Assembly: GCA_046727175.1 (NCBI GenBank)
Contig: JBKPCD010000158.1
Location: forward strand, 2,910 to 66,909
Direction of reading: 5' to 3'
From: Acidobacteriota bacterium
GTDB lineage: Bacteria > Acidobacteriota > Vicinamibacteria > Vicinamibacterales > 2-12-FULL-66-21
DNA length: 64,000 nt
Positions 18,242-28,120 of this stretch are shown one piece after another. The first letter of the stretch is position 1. Each line of letters begins with the position of its first letter. The position numbers and the translations under genes were made by a program. The notes under the pieces were generated by a model that saw only the letters and a list, made by a program, of their open reading frames with translations, was not told where the DNA came from and did no database searches.

Positions 18242-19300
18242 CTATTTCCGATTTCGTCCGATGTGCACCCGCGCGCCGAAGAACAGGGCCGTCAGCCAAT
18301 CGTCCATGCTGCCGTCAGCGCCGTGGAGCGCGTCCCCTTTCAACGCTGCTCTGCCAGCCTCGGCGTAGATTGCGAAGGACGGCGCCACCCAGATCTCGAT
18401 GCCACCGCCGAACCCCCAGGCCCACCCGGCAGTCTCGAGCGCGTAGGTCTGCGTGCCGCCAGGAATCGTCTGCTCGACACCGTCAATGGTGATAGTCGTC
18501 TGGTCGATCGTCTCGGACGTGCTGAACGTCGCGCGATGATAGGTCGCCTCCACCTGTCCAAAGAGCCTCACGGGTCCAACGGGACCGCCGATTTTCCCGA
18601 CGAGCGTCACCAGGTGCGCATCCAGGTCGCTGTTGAAACGGTAGTTCGTTCCGCTGCCGTTCGCGGTGCTCTTCGCCGGTCTCACGTAGGCGGCCTCGGC
18701 GGCCGTGAACGGCGTGAACCAGTAGGCGGCTCCGACCTGATAGCCAAGTCCTGCATCGTCGCGTGAACAGGGCGAGGCGTTCCCGCAGGCGAACAGGCTC
18801 GCGTTGGAAAACCTCGTGAGGCTGCCTCCGCCGAACACGACGAGGCCAGTGGGCGGGCTCCACGTCCGGGGTGGCGCGAGGCTGAACGATCCTTGTCTCA
18901 GCAGAAGCGTCGGATTGACACCGCCGACGTTTACGACCAGCGTGCTGATGGGCTTTATGACAAACACCCCGGTGATCTGGGTGCGTTCACAGTCCGGTTC
19001 TTTCGGATTCGGTGTCTCGCCCCGTTCGACGACCAGCACTCGTCTGACGTTCCCGCACACGTCGACGTAAACCAACGCGTCGATTTGAGGCTTGCCAAGG
19101 CTCGAACCGCCGGCGGACACGATGGCATCCCCGTGCTCGTTCGCGGTTCCCGATCCGACCGTGGTGTTGTTCAGCACGAACTCGACTGTCGATCCCGGCG
19201 GCGCCTGCCTGACGATGAGGGTCTGCGCCGTTGCGACCCCGACACCCGCAAACATACTGAACGCGACCGCAAGAGCGAGCGGCCGCCACGGTTTCATCAT
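18242..19300 (-). CDS. Exported protein with C-terminal outer-membrane beta-barrel
   Basis: Signal peptide ending ATA|Q. C-terminal amphipathic strands (WAWGFGGGIEIW, FFGARVHI). Confidence 0.75.
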   Translation of the reverse strand: MMKPWRPLALAVAFSMFAGVGVATAQTLIVRQAPPGSTVEFVLNNTTVGSGTANEHGDAIVSAGGSSLGKPQIDALVYVDVCGNVRRVLVVERGETPNPKEPDCERTQITGVFVIKPISTLVVNVGGVNPTLLLRQGSFSLAPPRTWSPPTGLVVFGGGSLTRFSNASLFACGNASPCSRDDAGLGYQVGAAYWFTPFTAAEAAYVRPAKSTANGSGTNYRFNSDLDAHLVTLVGKIGGPVGPVRLFGQVEATYHRATFSTSETIDQTTITIDGVEQTIPGGTQTYALETAGWAWGFGGGIEIWVAPSFAIYAEAGRAALKGDALHGADGSMDDWLTALFFGARVHIGRNRK

Positions 19301-19477
19301 GCTTCGCCCTTTCTGTGAACATAGCGCTCTCAGAATTATTGTTCAGAAGGGGCTGGACGAACAGGCGTCCGCGCCTGGTGCCGCGCGTGCGCGTGAGGCC
19401 ATTCCTTTGATTGGGGGCGCGGCATTTTTTCAATGATGCCGCTCTAGCGAAGAAACGCTGCCACCGAGTACGAGGCC

Positions 19478-20629
19478 CTAGTACACCGTAACATAAGTCA
19501 TGTTAATATACGCGCCATGTCACTCTACCGCAAGGGAGGCACATGGCCAATATCGCGCGACCTCTCATGTTGTCTGAGGATGAGCGCCAAGCCTTGGCCG
19601 GTCTGCAGCGGGCGCCGAGCGTGCCCGCGGGTGTCGCGCGCCGAGCTCGTGCGGTGCTGTTGATGGCTGACGCGGTGTCGGGCGTGGGCGTGGCCCGCCT
19701 GACCGGATACACGACGGTCCAAGTGAGTCGCATCCGTCAGCGGTTCTGCCAGGAACGCCTCGCCGGACTGGAGGACCGTCCGCGATCGGGTCGCCCGCCG
19801 ACCGTGACCAAGCGCACCACGGCCCGCGTGGTGGCGTTGACGTTGACGCCGCCGCCAGCCGGCCTGACGCATTGGAGCACGCGCGACCTCGCCGAGACGA
19901 TCGGCGGCGTGTCGCACACCACGGTCCATCGGATCTGGCAGGCCCACGCGTTGCACCCGCATCGCCTCGAGACGTGCAAGCACAGCACCGACCCGAACGC
20001 CGAAACGAAGATCTACGACGTCGTCGGTTTGTATCTCCAGCCGCCGCAGAACGCCGTGGTGCTCCGCGTGGATGAGAAGACGCAAATCCAAGCGTTGAGT
20101 CGCACTCAACCCCTGTTGCCGATGCGTCCCCGGCTGCCAGCGCGGCGCACGCATGATTATCGACGCAACGGTCTGACGAGTCTGTATGCCGCGTTCAATG
20201 TGACGTCGGGTGAGGTGGTCGGCGCCTGCCAGCCGCGCCACACGGCCGTCGAGTTTCTCGACTTCCTGCAGGTCCTCCATCGGCGCTATCCGCGCGGGGA
20301 CCTGCACGTCATTCTGGACAATTCGTCGACGCACTCGACCCCGACGATTCGCGCGTGGCTGGAGGCGCACCCGCGGGTCCATTTTCATTTCACCCCCACG
20401 GGCGCCTCGTGGCTCAAGCTGGTGGAAGTCTGGTTCAGCATCCTGACGCGCAAATCCGTGCGGCGCGGCTCGTTTGACACGGTTCGCGCGCTGGTGACGC
20501 ATATTCGGCGTTATATCGAGCGATGGAACGACAACCCGCGCCCGTTCGTGTGGACCAAGCAACCCGCCGACCTGATTAAGAAGGTCGTCAGGCGCGCTCG
20601 TTAACATGACTTCAGAGACGCGGTACTAG
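19478..20629 (+). mobile_element. IS630-family insertion sequence
   Basis: 29-bp imperfect terminal inverted repeats (23/29 identical), ctagtacaccgtaacataagtcatgttaa and ttaacatgacttcagagacgcggtactag, with CTAG at both ends. Confidence 0.93.
19543..20604 (+). CDS. IS630-family transposase
   Basis: HTH DRPRSGRP and HWSTR. DDE motifs VDEKTQIQA, ILDNSSTH and SWLKLVEVWF. GGAGG RBS. Confidence 0.95.
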   Translation: MANIARPLMLSEDERQALAGLQRAPSVPAGVARRARAVLLMADAVSGVGVARLTGYTTVQVSRIRQRFCQERLAGLEDRPRSGRPPTVTKRTTARVVALTLTPPPAGLTHWSTRDLAETIGGVSHTTVHRIWQAHALHPHRLETCKHSTDPNAETKIYDVVGLYLQPPQNAVVLRVDEKTQIQALSRTQPLLPMRPRLPARRTHDYRRNGLTSLYAAFNVTSGEVVGACQPRHTAVEFLDFLQVLHRRYPRGDLHVILDNSSTHSTPTIRAWLEAHPRVHFHFTPTGASWLKLVEVWFSILTRKSVRRGSFDTVRALVTHIRRYIERWNDNPRPFVWTKQPADLIKKVVRRAR

Positions 20630-20668
20630 GCACCGGCCATCAGGCACGGCGGTCGTTCGTGTCCCAAT

Positions 20669-23062
20669 TTATTCCGCCCTGAGCGCCTCGGACGGCGCGA
20701 CAGCGAGCGCGCGGTGCGCGGGGACCCACGCGGAGAACAGTCCGGCAGCGATCATCACTGCGCCGAGCACTGGCAGTCCCCACGGTCCGCTACCTTCAGG
20801 CAGTCTGAACGCGAAAATCCCACGCGCGTTGACGATCACCTGGCCGAGAACAACGCCGACGACTGCGCCGATGGCCGGCGGCAGGCACGTTCTCGACAAG
20901 ATAGAGCGCAGCACCTGGCCCCGTGTGGCGCCCAGCGCCGTGCGGATGCCGATCTCGCGCGTCCGGCGTGTGACTGCAAGCGACAGGACCGCGTACGTTC
21001 CAATCACCGAGAGCAGCAACGCCATGCCGCCGAGCGCGCCCAGCGCCGCCCCTATCCCGGCAAAAATCGCACGATCCTCCCTCCCAACTTCCTTGAGCGG
21101 AACGATCTCTCGTACCTGAATACCCGGGTCGACGATGCTGATGGCTTTGACGAGTCGAGCTGCGAGTCGGCGTGCATCGCCCGTGGTTCGCATCGTGATG
21201 TGGAACAGCTGCTCGGAGCGCATCGGAACGTAGAATCCGGCCGCCATGGTCTCGTCGCCCGCGCTCAAGCCGAGATCGGGGACGACGCCGACAATCTCCC
21301 GCCAAGCCTCCGGCGCAGCGGCCGACCCGCTCGGCACGGTTCGCAGTCGGCGGCCGATTAGGTTGATTCCCCCCAAGAACTTTCGGACGAACGGCTCGTT
21401 GACGATCGCAACCGGCGGCGCATCGACTGCAAAGTCGCCAGGAACGAAGAGGCGGCCCGCGTCGGCCTGCGCACCAAGCGACTCGAAGAACCCGCCTCGT
21501 ACGGCTACGACGGGCGCGGCCCGCACTACTGACCTAACGTCACCAGACGCGCCCTCCACCGCGGTCATTTCGGCTGCCGGACTGAGACCTGGCAGTGACG
21601 TGCTCGCGCCTGCAGCCGTCACACCGGGAATCGCCGCGATAGCGTCGATGATCGCACCTGGTGTGGAGCGCTCCGCCCACACTCGTGCCGTCAGCACTTC
21701 GTTGGCGGGCACTCGGATCGACGGCGTCATGTATCCCGCGACGCCGCGCGCCATTATGAGCGCGCCGTTCAACAGCGCAATCGAGAGCGCCACCTGCACG
21801 GCAATCATGATCCCGCCGAGTCTGCCGAACCCGGTCGACGCGGCCCGCGTCGTCGTCGCAAGCGCGACGGCGGCGTCTCGTCGGGTCGCCGTCAATGCCG
21901 GCAGTACGCCGCCGACAGACGCGGCAAGCAAGGTCGCGCCTGCGACGAATGCCATAGTTCGCGGGCTGGCGGTGAAGTCCACCCAGAACGGCATATCGCT
22001 CAAGGTGCGCCTCACCCAGGCGAGAATGGCTTGCGACGTCGTGAGACCGATCGCAGCCGCGACCACGCCGAGGAGAAGGACTTCGACGAAGATTTGACCG
22101 ATCAGACGAGCGCGTGTCGCACCGAGTGCTGTCCGTACGGCGAGTTCGCGGGCTTTCGCGGCCGTCCTGGCGAGAACGAGGCTCGCGATGTTTGCAGCGA
22201 TGACGACGAGTACGAGCACGAGGCACGCGACCAGCATGACCGTCAGCAGTTCGAGCCCTCTCGACAGCGCCTCCGTGAACCGGAGCACGACGATGTGCAC
22301 TCGAGGAGCGGCTGGCGCCTGACTCTCGAACTGCGTCGAGAGAGCCGCGAGTTGAGCGGTCACAGCGGCTGGCTCCGTATTCACTCGCAGCACGCCGAAT
22401 GTGCGCGCAGACGACCAGTTCGTATCGGCGTCGCTACCCGGATGGACAAGCGGCAGCCAGAGCTCGGGCGAGTTCGGGAACTCGAACCGATCGGGCATCA
22501 CACCGACGATCGTCCGCCGCACCCCGGAAACGTCCGCGCTCGTGCCCACGACTTGCGGGTCTGCTGAAAAATGGCGGCGCCAGAGGCTCTCGCGCAGGAG
22601 TACGACCGGAGGTGCGCCGTGGAACCCGTCTTCGGCGCGGAGCGTTCGACCGAGGACTGGCGCATATGAAAACACGCGAACCGAGTCGGGCGTCACCATC
22701 GCGCCGTCGACCGGAGCGATTTCGTCCGAGCGGAGCTGCAGGTTGACGTCGATTCCCCGAAAAGCGCCCAGGTGTTCGAACGTAGATGCGTGATCGGCAA
22801 AAAAACGGAAGCGATCGGGCTCGACGCCGGTGCGCTGCGCATCCGGTTCCTTGTACGCCTCGATGAGAACGAATCGATCGCCGTTCGGGAACGGCAGCCG
22901 GCTGAACAGCACCGCGTCCAGGAGTGTGAATCCGGTTGTCGCCATGCCGATCCCGACAGTGAGCGCGAGAAGCGTCGTGAACGTGACGACCGGTTGCTTG
23001 CGCAGCACGCGAACGGAGAGCCGGACCTCGCACAGGCTCATGCCACGAACAGAAATGGACAT
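20669..23062 (-). CDS. ADOP-type ABC permease (divergent subfamily, no prefix domain)
   Basis: [41 protein letters not shown] and PSEALRAE. Confidence 0.9.
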   Translation of the reverse strand: MSISVRGMSLCEVRLSVRVLRKQPVVTFTTLLALTVGIGMATTGFTLLDAVLFSRLPFPNGDRFVLIEAYKEPDAQRTGVEPDRFRFFADHASTFEHLGAFRGIDVNLQLRSDEIAPVDGAMVTPDSVRVFSYAPVLGRTLRAEDGFHGAPPVVLLRESLWRRHFSADPQVVGTSADVSGVRRTIVGVMPDRFEFPNSPELWLPLVHPGSDADTNWSSARTFGVLRVNTEPAAVTAQLAALSTQFESQAPAAPRVHIVVLRFTEALSRGLELLTVMLVACLVLVLVVIAANIASLVLARTAAKARELAVRTALGATRARLIGQIFVEVLLLGVVAAAIGLTTSQAILAWVRRTLSDMPFWVDFTASPRTMAFVAGATLLAASVGGVLPALTATRRDAAVALATTTRAASTGFGRLGGIMIAVQVALSIALLNGALIMARGVAGYMTPSIRVPANEVLTARVWAERSTPGAIIDAIAAIPGVTAAGASTSLPGLSPAAEMTAVEGASGDVRSVVRAAPVVAVRGGFFESLGAQADAGRLFVPGDFAVDAPPVAIVNEPFVRKFLGGINLIGRRLRTVPSGSAAAPEAWREIVGVVPDLGLSAGDETMAAGFYVPMRSEQLFHITMRTTGDARRLAARLVKAISIVDPGIQVREIVPLKEVGREDRAIFAGIGAALGALGGMALLLSVIGTYAVLSLAVTRRTREIGIRTALGATRGQVLRSILSRTCLPPAIGAVVGVVLGQVIVNARGIFAFRLPEGSGPWGLPVLGAVMIAAGLFSAWVPAHRALAVAPSEALRAE

Positions 23063-23072
23063 GTAGAATCCA

Positions 23073-23100
23073 TACGAGAGAGAGGGGGTCTCGGTTTACA
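23073..23100 (-). promoter_or_regulatory. Putative ECF-sigma promoter TGTAAAC-N17-CGTA
   Basis: Minus strand TGTAAAC CGAGACCCCCTCTCTCT CGTA ends 10 nt before the permease ATG. Resembles the AAC/CGT ECF consensus. Confidence 0.5.
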
Positions 23101-23125
23101 CCGGTATGACCGAACGCTGCGCCTG

Positions 23126-23177
23126 ATCCGCCTTGATCGGCGTGAATCAGATCTGCGTGAATCCGTGGAAATCAGCG
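23126..23177. repeat. Degenerate 9/10-mer repeat (ATCYGCGTG-like)
   Basis: atccgccttg atcggcgtga atcagatctgcgtga atccgtgga aatcagcg. Confidence 0.5.
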
Positions 23178-23732
23178 TCTCGGGAAGCCGGGCAATTCCG
23201 TCACCCGTCGGGCCTGCTCCATGTGCCGCCGCTCGTGCGCGACGATGATTCTGTACGCATCGAGCAGGCTGTACGTCGCCACGCTCGCGACAGGCGACGT
23301 GATGATGAGGCGCCGGAGATCGATGCGCTCGGTCATCCGCATATGGTCGACAACCGCCCGCTGGTGCGCTTCGAACTTCGCGACGATGTCCGGCTCAATC
23401 GCGCTGCTCGAGGGGTCGAAACGAGGGTTCGCCTTGAGCTTGCGCGGCGCGCCGGGCTTCACGCCGCTGAGAACCAGTGATCCAAACAATCGCGGCAGCA
23501 GCGGCAGGCGCTCCTGCCAGGACGGCTTGTAATCGCCGCGAGCGATTCTCTCGATAATCGGAAAATAGTCGCTGTTTATCGCGATCAGGTGCGAGAAGCA
23601 CTGCGCGACGCTCCAGCGATCCGCGCCCGGCTTCCAATTGAGCTGCGTGCCTTTCAAGTGGCCAAACATCTTCCGCGCATCAGTCGCGATCGCCTGTGCT
23701 TCGGCGATCAGCATGGGCAGTTCTTCGTTCAT
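23172..23732 (-). CDS. DinB-family protein
   Basis: LNWKP..RWSVAQCFSHL and C-terminal HERRHMEQ. Confidence 0.88.
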   Translation of the reverse strand: MNEELPMLIAEAQAIATDARKMFGHLKGTQLNWKPGADRWSVAQCFSHLIAINSDYFPIIERIARGDYKPSWQERLPLLPRLFGSLVLSGVKPGAPRKLKANPRFDPSSSAIEPDIVAKFEAHQRAVVDHMRMTERIDLRRLIITSPVASVATYSLLDAYRIIVAHERRHMEQARRVTELPGFPRR

Positions 23733-23985
23733 CTCAGATCTGGCGCTGAAATCGTGCTGGATATGACCGTCACCACATTTTACTGACATCTCGTCCATCG
23801 TGACCGGACGGTGCCACTCGCGACGAGCGATTGCAGATGTGACGGCAATCTGAAAAGATGCCGTGCGTTGCGTGGGTTCCGCGATGCGTATTGCGGTGAT
23901 CGGCAGCTGGCGTGATTCCGATTGCGTGAAGGAGACGCCTTCCTCGCGAGCATCGGCGAACACCGCGTATGACCGACGGGGTTTC

Positions 23986-24155
23986 GGTCGCTCGGTCGCT
24001 CGGTCGTTCGGTGGCTCGGTCGCTCGACTCGAGATTGGTCGATACGGGATTCAAGGATTCGATTCGAGGATTCCGAAACAAGGATTCGAAGGTTCAAGGA
24101 TTCGTGGATGAGGGATTCACGATCAGGGATTAGGGCTTCAAGGATTAGGAATTCG
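23986..24155. repeat. Compound tandem repeat: GGTCGCTC x5, then many degenerate GGATTC-core 7-mers
   Basis: 8-mers at 23986-24025. (A/G)GGATTC-like units from 24046 run up to the YciI ATG. Confidence 0.85.
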
Positions 24156-24157
24156 AG

Positions 24158-24535
24158 ATGAGGTATTTGTGTCTGATTCACCTGGACGAGAACGAAATGG
24201 CGGCGATTCCTCATCCCGAGATGAGCGCTCTCAACGCGGAACATCTCGATCTCAACGACGAGCTCCGAAGGACCGGCAACTTCATCGTCGCTGAAGCGCT
24301 GGAGCCGGCTCGCACGACAGCCCAGGTGCGTATGCGGCACGGGAAACGGACGGTGGTCGACGGCCCCTACACGGAATCGAAGGAAATGATCGCAGGCTTC
24401 TACCTGATCGAGGCGAATGACATGAACGAGGCCATCGATATCGCGTCAAGATTGCCGTCCGCGCGTCTCGGTACCGTCGAAGTACGACCGGCCCGTCAGC
24501 TCGTCGTCGACGGCAGACCGCTCCGGTGGGGGTGA
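24158..24535 (+). CDS. YciI/DGPF-family protein
   Basis: MRYLCLIH, VVDGPYTESKEMIAGFYLIEA and TVEVRP. Confidence 0.92.
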   Translation: MRYLCLIHLDENEMAAIPHPEMSALNAEHLDLNDELRRTGNFIVAEALEPARTTAQVRMRHGKRTVVDGPYTESKEMIAGFYLIEANDMNEAIDIASRLPSARLGTVEVRPARQLVVDGRPLRWG

Positions 24536-24639
24536 TTGCCGTCCGGGCGTCAGCGGGAACACGGGCAGTCGGATCACTCAGGCACCGGCCCGATTGCCGG
24601 CCTTCACGCGCAGGAGGAACGCGTGCGCGCGTTGCGCTC

Positions 24640-25239
24640 CTATTCCGCGTGCACGAGCGGCACGTCCACCACATGCTCCGATACGAACCACACCTGCAGC
24701 TCGTTCGTTCGAATGACGTCGCTCACGATCAAATCGTTGGTCCCGTCGTCGCCCGCGTCCGCCGCGCGGCGCGCCATCGTTCGTGCCTCCTTGAGGACGA
24801 TCTCGTGCGCGTGGAGCAATCGCGAGATCTGCACCGGGACTCCCTCGCGTCCTTTCGGCGGACGCGGAATGAGCGTCGTCTCGGCGATGTCGTGCGCCAT
24901 CGCGACACTGAGTCCACCCAGCAGCTGGATCCGTTCCGCGATCATGTCCACGAGCTCGTTCTGCTGGTCGTAGTGTTTATCGAACAGGAGGTGGAGCTGA
25001 TAAAAAGTCGGGCCCGCAACCTGCCAGTGATGCTTTTTGTACAGATCTCGAAGCGTGATCGTGTCGGCCAGCAGCTGGTTCAGATTGGTCACGCTCTCGC
25101 GGCACACATTTTCCGACAACGCGATTGGCATTCGGACGATGTGGCCGTAGGGCTGGATTTCCCGGGCCTTTTGATGCGCGAGAGGCGTAGCCCGATTCAA
25201 GATCGTGTCGGCGTCAAGTGTTGTCTTCGCCATGTTCAT
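24640..25239 (-). CDS. dps: DNA starvation/stationary-phase protection protein (Dps, ferritin-like)
   Basis: KKHHWQVAGPTFYQLHLLFD, DMIAERI, GDDGTNDL and ELQVWF. Confidence 0.93.
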   Translation of the reverse strand: MNMAKTTLDADTILNRATPLAHQKAREIQPYGHIVRMPIALSENVCRESVTNLNQLLADTITLRDLYKKHHWQVAGPTFYQLHLLFDKHYDQQNELVDMIAERIQLLGGLSVAMAHDIAETTLIPRPPKGREGVPVQISRLLHAHEIVLKEARTMARRAADAGDDGTNDLIVSDVIRTNELQVWFVSEHVVDVPLVHAE

Positions 25240-25428
25240 GCTCCGTGTCGATGAGGCCTGGCGTAATCCTCCTCCCAGCTTTGGCCATTTGAATTGTCCC
25301 GGTCAACTCATAATGCAGACGGGCCCCGGGGTCGGGTGTCCTGCTCTGCAGTTCGCCGCGTCCGCGCTGATGCAAGAAGCGATATCGCCGGCTCGCGCTG
25401 GCGCCTACAAAGACGTGGGGATAGGATC

Positions 25429-26400
25429 GTGTCCGTTTTCGTCCGATTTGGCCTGGATACCTACAGCCTCGCCGCGCAGAACTGGACGGCCTGGCAGCAC
25501 CTCGATTTCGCAGCGAAGTGGAACCTGAACGTCGTCCACTTCAGCGAGCGTCGGTTCCTCGGAAGTCTCGACCGTGGCCATCTCACGAAGGTGCGCGCGC
25601 GCGCCGACGCGCTCGGGATCGATCTCGAGATCGGCATGCGATCGATCTGTCCGACGTCCAGGTCGTTCGACCACGCCGCCGGATCCCCCGAGGCGCAGAT
25701 CGGCCACGCCATCGCCGCAGCGCGCATACTGCGATCGCCGATCCTTCGCGCGTTCGTGGGCAGCTCGGACGATCGCGACGGCGGCATCGAACGGCACATC
25801 GACGAGACGGTGAACGTGTTGAGGCGCGTGAGGACTCGAGTCATGGATGCGGGCGTCAAGCTGGCAATCGAGAACCATGCAGGCGACCTGCAGGCGCGCG
25901 AGCTGAAGACCCTCGTCGAGACGGCGGGCCCGGAGTTCGTCGGCGTATGCCTCGACTCAGGCAACCCCACCTGGGCGCTCGAAGACCCGCACCTGACACT
26001 CGAGACGCTTGCCCCCTACGTCCTCACGAGCCACATCCGCGACAGCGCGGTGTGGAGAACGCCCGACGGCATCGCGGTACGTTGGACGCGGATGGGCGAG
26101 GGCAATGTCGGGATCGCTGACTACATCGCGGAATACATTCGGAGATGCCCGGGCAAGGCTGTCTCGCTCGAGGTGATCGTCACGGCGCAGCCGCGTCTCT
26201 TCAACTACGCGGCGGCCGGCCTCTGGTCGCGGTATCGCGATCAGCCCGCGTGGGAGTTCGCGCGGTTCCTTGCGCTCGCCGACAAGGGCACGCCGGTCCT
26301 GGAACCGCCGACCGATCCTGCTGAGGACCCAGCTACCACGAATCTGGCGAACGTCGAAGCCAGCATCGGCTGGATGCGATCACTTCTCGCGTCGCTGTGA
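25429..26400 (+). CDS. Sugar-phosphate isomerase/epimerase (xylose-isomerase-like TIM barrel)
   Basis: LAIENHAGD, CLDSGN, SHIRD, GEGNV and SLE metal-binding motifs. Confidence 0.88.
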   Translation: MSVFVRFGLDTYSLAAQNWTAWQHLDFAAKWNLNVVHFSERRFLGSLDRGHLTKVRARADALGIDLEIGMRSICPTSRSFDHAAGSPEAQIGHAIAAARILRSPILRAFVGSSDDRDGGIERHIDETVNVLRRVRTRVMDAGVKLAIENHAGDLQARELKTLVETAGPEFVGVCLDSGNPTWALEDPHLTLETLAPYVLTSHIRDSAVWRTPDGIAVRWTRMGEGNVGIADYIAEYIRRCPGKAVSLEVIVTAQPRLFNYAAAGLWSRYRDQPAWEFARFLALADKGTPVLEPPTDPAEDPATTNLANVEASIGWMRSLLASL

Positions 26401-26444
26401 CGCTCAATGGGTCCGGGCCGATCCGAGTCGACTATCTCCACGGA

Positions 26445-26608
26445 ACAAGAGATCAAGAGTTCAGGAGATTTGAACTTGTTTCGCGAACAATTCTCCTGAT
26501 CTCCTGTTCTCCTGTTCTCCTGTTCTCCTGTTCTCCTGTTCTCCTGTTCTCCTGTTCTCCTGTTAAAGCACCTCGGCAATCAGCAATCTGCAATCCGCAA
26601 TCGTCAAT
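26445..26608. repeat. TTCTCCTG x9 (26491-26562) with inverted CAGGAG-type arm upstream and CNGCAAT x5 downstream
   Basis: Read directly between convergent genes. Confidence 0.93.
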
Positions 26609-27947
26609 TCTGCGTGCCCGCCTTTGTCGTCTGAAACAGCTGCGGCGCGAACTCTGAGAGGTAATTGCGCCAGTTGATCCACGTATGGCCGCCGGGCGAC
26701 TCGACGAACACGGGCGCGAAGCCATGTTTCTTGAAAAGGTCCACCGTCGCGCGCGTCGTTTCGATGAGCCGATCCTCGGCGCCGGTGGAGAACCACAGGA
26801 GCTTGAGCCCCTTCTTCAGCGCCGCATTATCCAGGTTCGCAGCGTTTGCCTGTTCCCATTCGGCCGCGGTGGGAGGCGGGTTCGGAGGGGGCGTTGCGGC
26901 GGGCGCTCCACCGCGTCCGGCCGGCGCGGCGTTGGGAAACGCGCCGAGCAGGCCGGAGCTGTACACGCCGATGTACGCGAACCGGTCCAGATGCGGGAAC
27001 GCGACGTTCAGCGTTTGACCGCCGCCCATCGAGAGCCCCGCAATCGCGGTGTTCGCGCGATCGGTCAGGACGCGATAGTGCTTCTCGATGTACGGCATCA
27101 CGTCGGTGACGAAGTCCTTCACGAACTCCTCCGCCGCGGTCCTGCCGAGCGGGCTGTTCGGCCCGCGCGACGTGTGACCGGCGGGCATCACGACGATCAT
27201 CGGGCGCGCTTTCTTCGCCGCGATGAGGTTGTCGAGGATGAAGCCCGCGCGTCCAACCGACGTCCACGCATCGTCGTTATCACCCGCGCCGTGCAGGAGG
27301 TAGAACACGGGATACCGTTCGCGACCGGCTTCGTATCCGGGGGGCGTGTACACGTGCATGCGGCGGAATCGATCGAGCGCCGTCGACTTGTAGGTCACCG
27401 CAGCAACGGCGCCGTGCGGCACGTCCTTCGTGTCGAACAGATCCGATCCCGGCACGTTCACGAGGCTCCACACGTTGTTGTTCGACTCGCTGATCGCCGG
27501 ATTGCGCGGATCGATCGTCGCAACGCCGTCGACGTTGAAGTTGTACCGATAGGCGCCCGGATCGATCGGGCCGATGGTGAGCTCCCAGACGCCGTTCTCG
27601 GCTTTGGTCAGCTGATTGTTCTGCGCGTTCCCAGGAATATCGCTGGCCGTCAGGCGGACTGCCTGTGCCTGCGGCGCGAAGATGCGGAAGCTGATGTGCT
27701 GATCCGTCGAGACCTCGGGGGAGACGAACTGCGGCCCCTGTGTGCCGCCGCGGCCGGTGGGCGGCGTCGCCTGCGGCGCGCGAGTTGGATCCTGCGCAAA
27801 TGCGGAGGTACCGGCGACGACGAGCAGCGCGCACGCGGCAACGACCTGCAGAGTACGCACGGCTGGGGTCACGGCGCGCGTTCCGCACGCGCTCGAGTGG
27901 AATGAGCGGGACTGGATGATGTGGTGATGCATGGACTTCTCCTGCAC
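26604..27947 (-). CDS. Secreted carbohydrate esterase (Ig/CBM48-like + alpha/beta hydrolase, CE1/XynZ-like)
   Basis: GVWEL..GAYRYNFNVDG, VYTPPGY, YLLHGAGD, GLSMGG and GGHTWINWR. Start uncertain. Confidence 0.88.
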   Translation of the reverse strand: MQEKSMHHHIIQSRSFHSSACGTRAVTPAVRTLQVVAACALLVVAGTSAFAQDPTRAPQATPPTGRGGTQGPQFVSPEVSTDQHISFRIFAPQAQAVRLTASDIPGNAQNNQLTKAENGVWELTIGPIDPGAYRYNFNVDGVATIDPRNPAISESNNNVWSLVNVPGSDLFDTKDVPHGAVAAVTYKSTALDRFRRMHVYTPPGYEAGRERYPVFYLLHGAGDNDDAWTSVGRAGFILDNLIAAKKARPMIVVMPAGHTSRGPNSPLGRTAAEEFVKDFVTDVMPYIEKHYRVLTDRANTAIAGLSMGGGQTLNVAFPHLDRFAYIGVYSSGLLGAFPNAAPAGRGGAPAATPPPNPPPTAAEWEQANAANLDNAALKKGLKLLWFSTGAEDRLIETTRATVDLFKKHGFAPVFVESPGGHTWINWRNYLSEFAPQLFQTTKAGTQN

Positions 27948-28011
27948 GGATCGAAGCGGGCGGTTGGTGGCGAGTCATGCTACAGCTTCTGCGGCCGCCG
28001 GACAAGGAGGA

Positions 28012-28032
28012 ATTGCGTCCTCGATACACAAT
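28012..28032. promoter_or_regulatory. Putative NrtR-family binding site (21-bp palindrome, GT-N7-AC)
   Basis: ATTGCGT-CCTCGAT-ACACAAT between the divergent esterases. An nrtR-like gene follows the second esterase. Confidence 0.7.
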
Positions 28033-28120
28033 GAGCGGCCAAACAGAACCAGGAAAAAAGGGAAAAGTCCGTTATGATCCGGTCCTCGTAGCGTCCAGCG
28101 ACCAGGATGGAGGGAGAATC

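Noticed and set aside
19525-20607. 360-aa minus-strand ORF spanning the IS
   Set aside because: Exact antisense of the IS630 transposase.
23733-23963. Long N-terminal extensions in the ORF track (DinB here; also cupin, ABC ATPase, CMD, GlxA, last PadR)
   Set aside because: Family-like sequence and RBS or promoter signals point to downstream starts.
26241-26725. ORFs with RRTGEQEN or SCSPVLLF repeats; possible CRISPR
   Set aside because: Products of the TTCTCCTG tandem repeat. There are no spacers and no cas genes, so it is not a CRISPR array.
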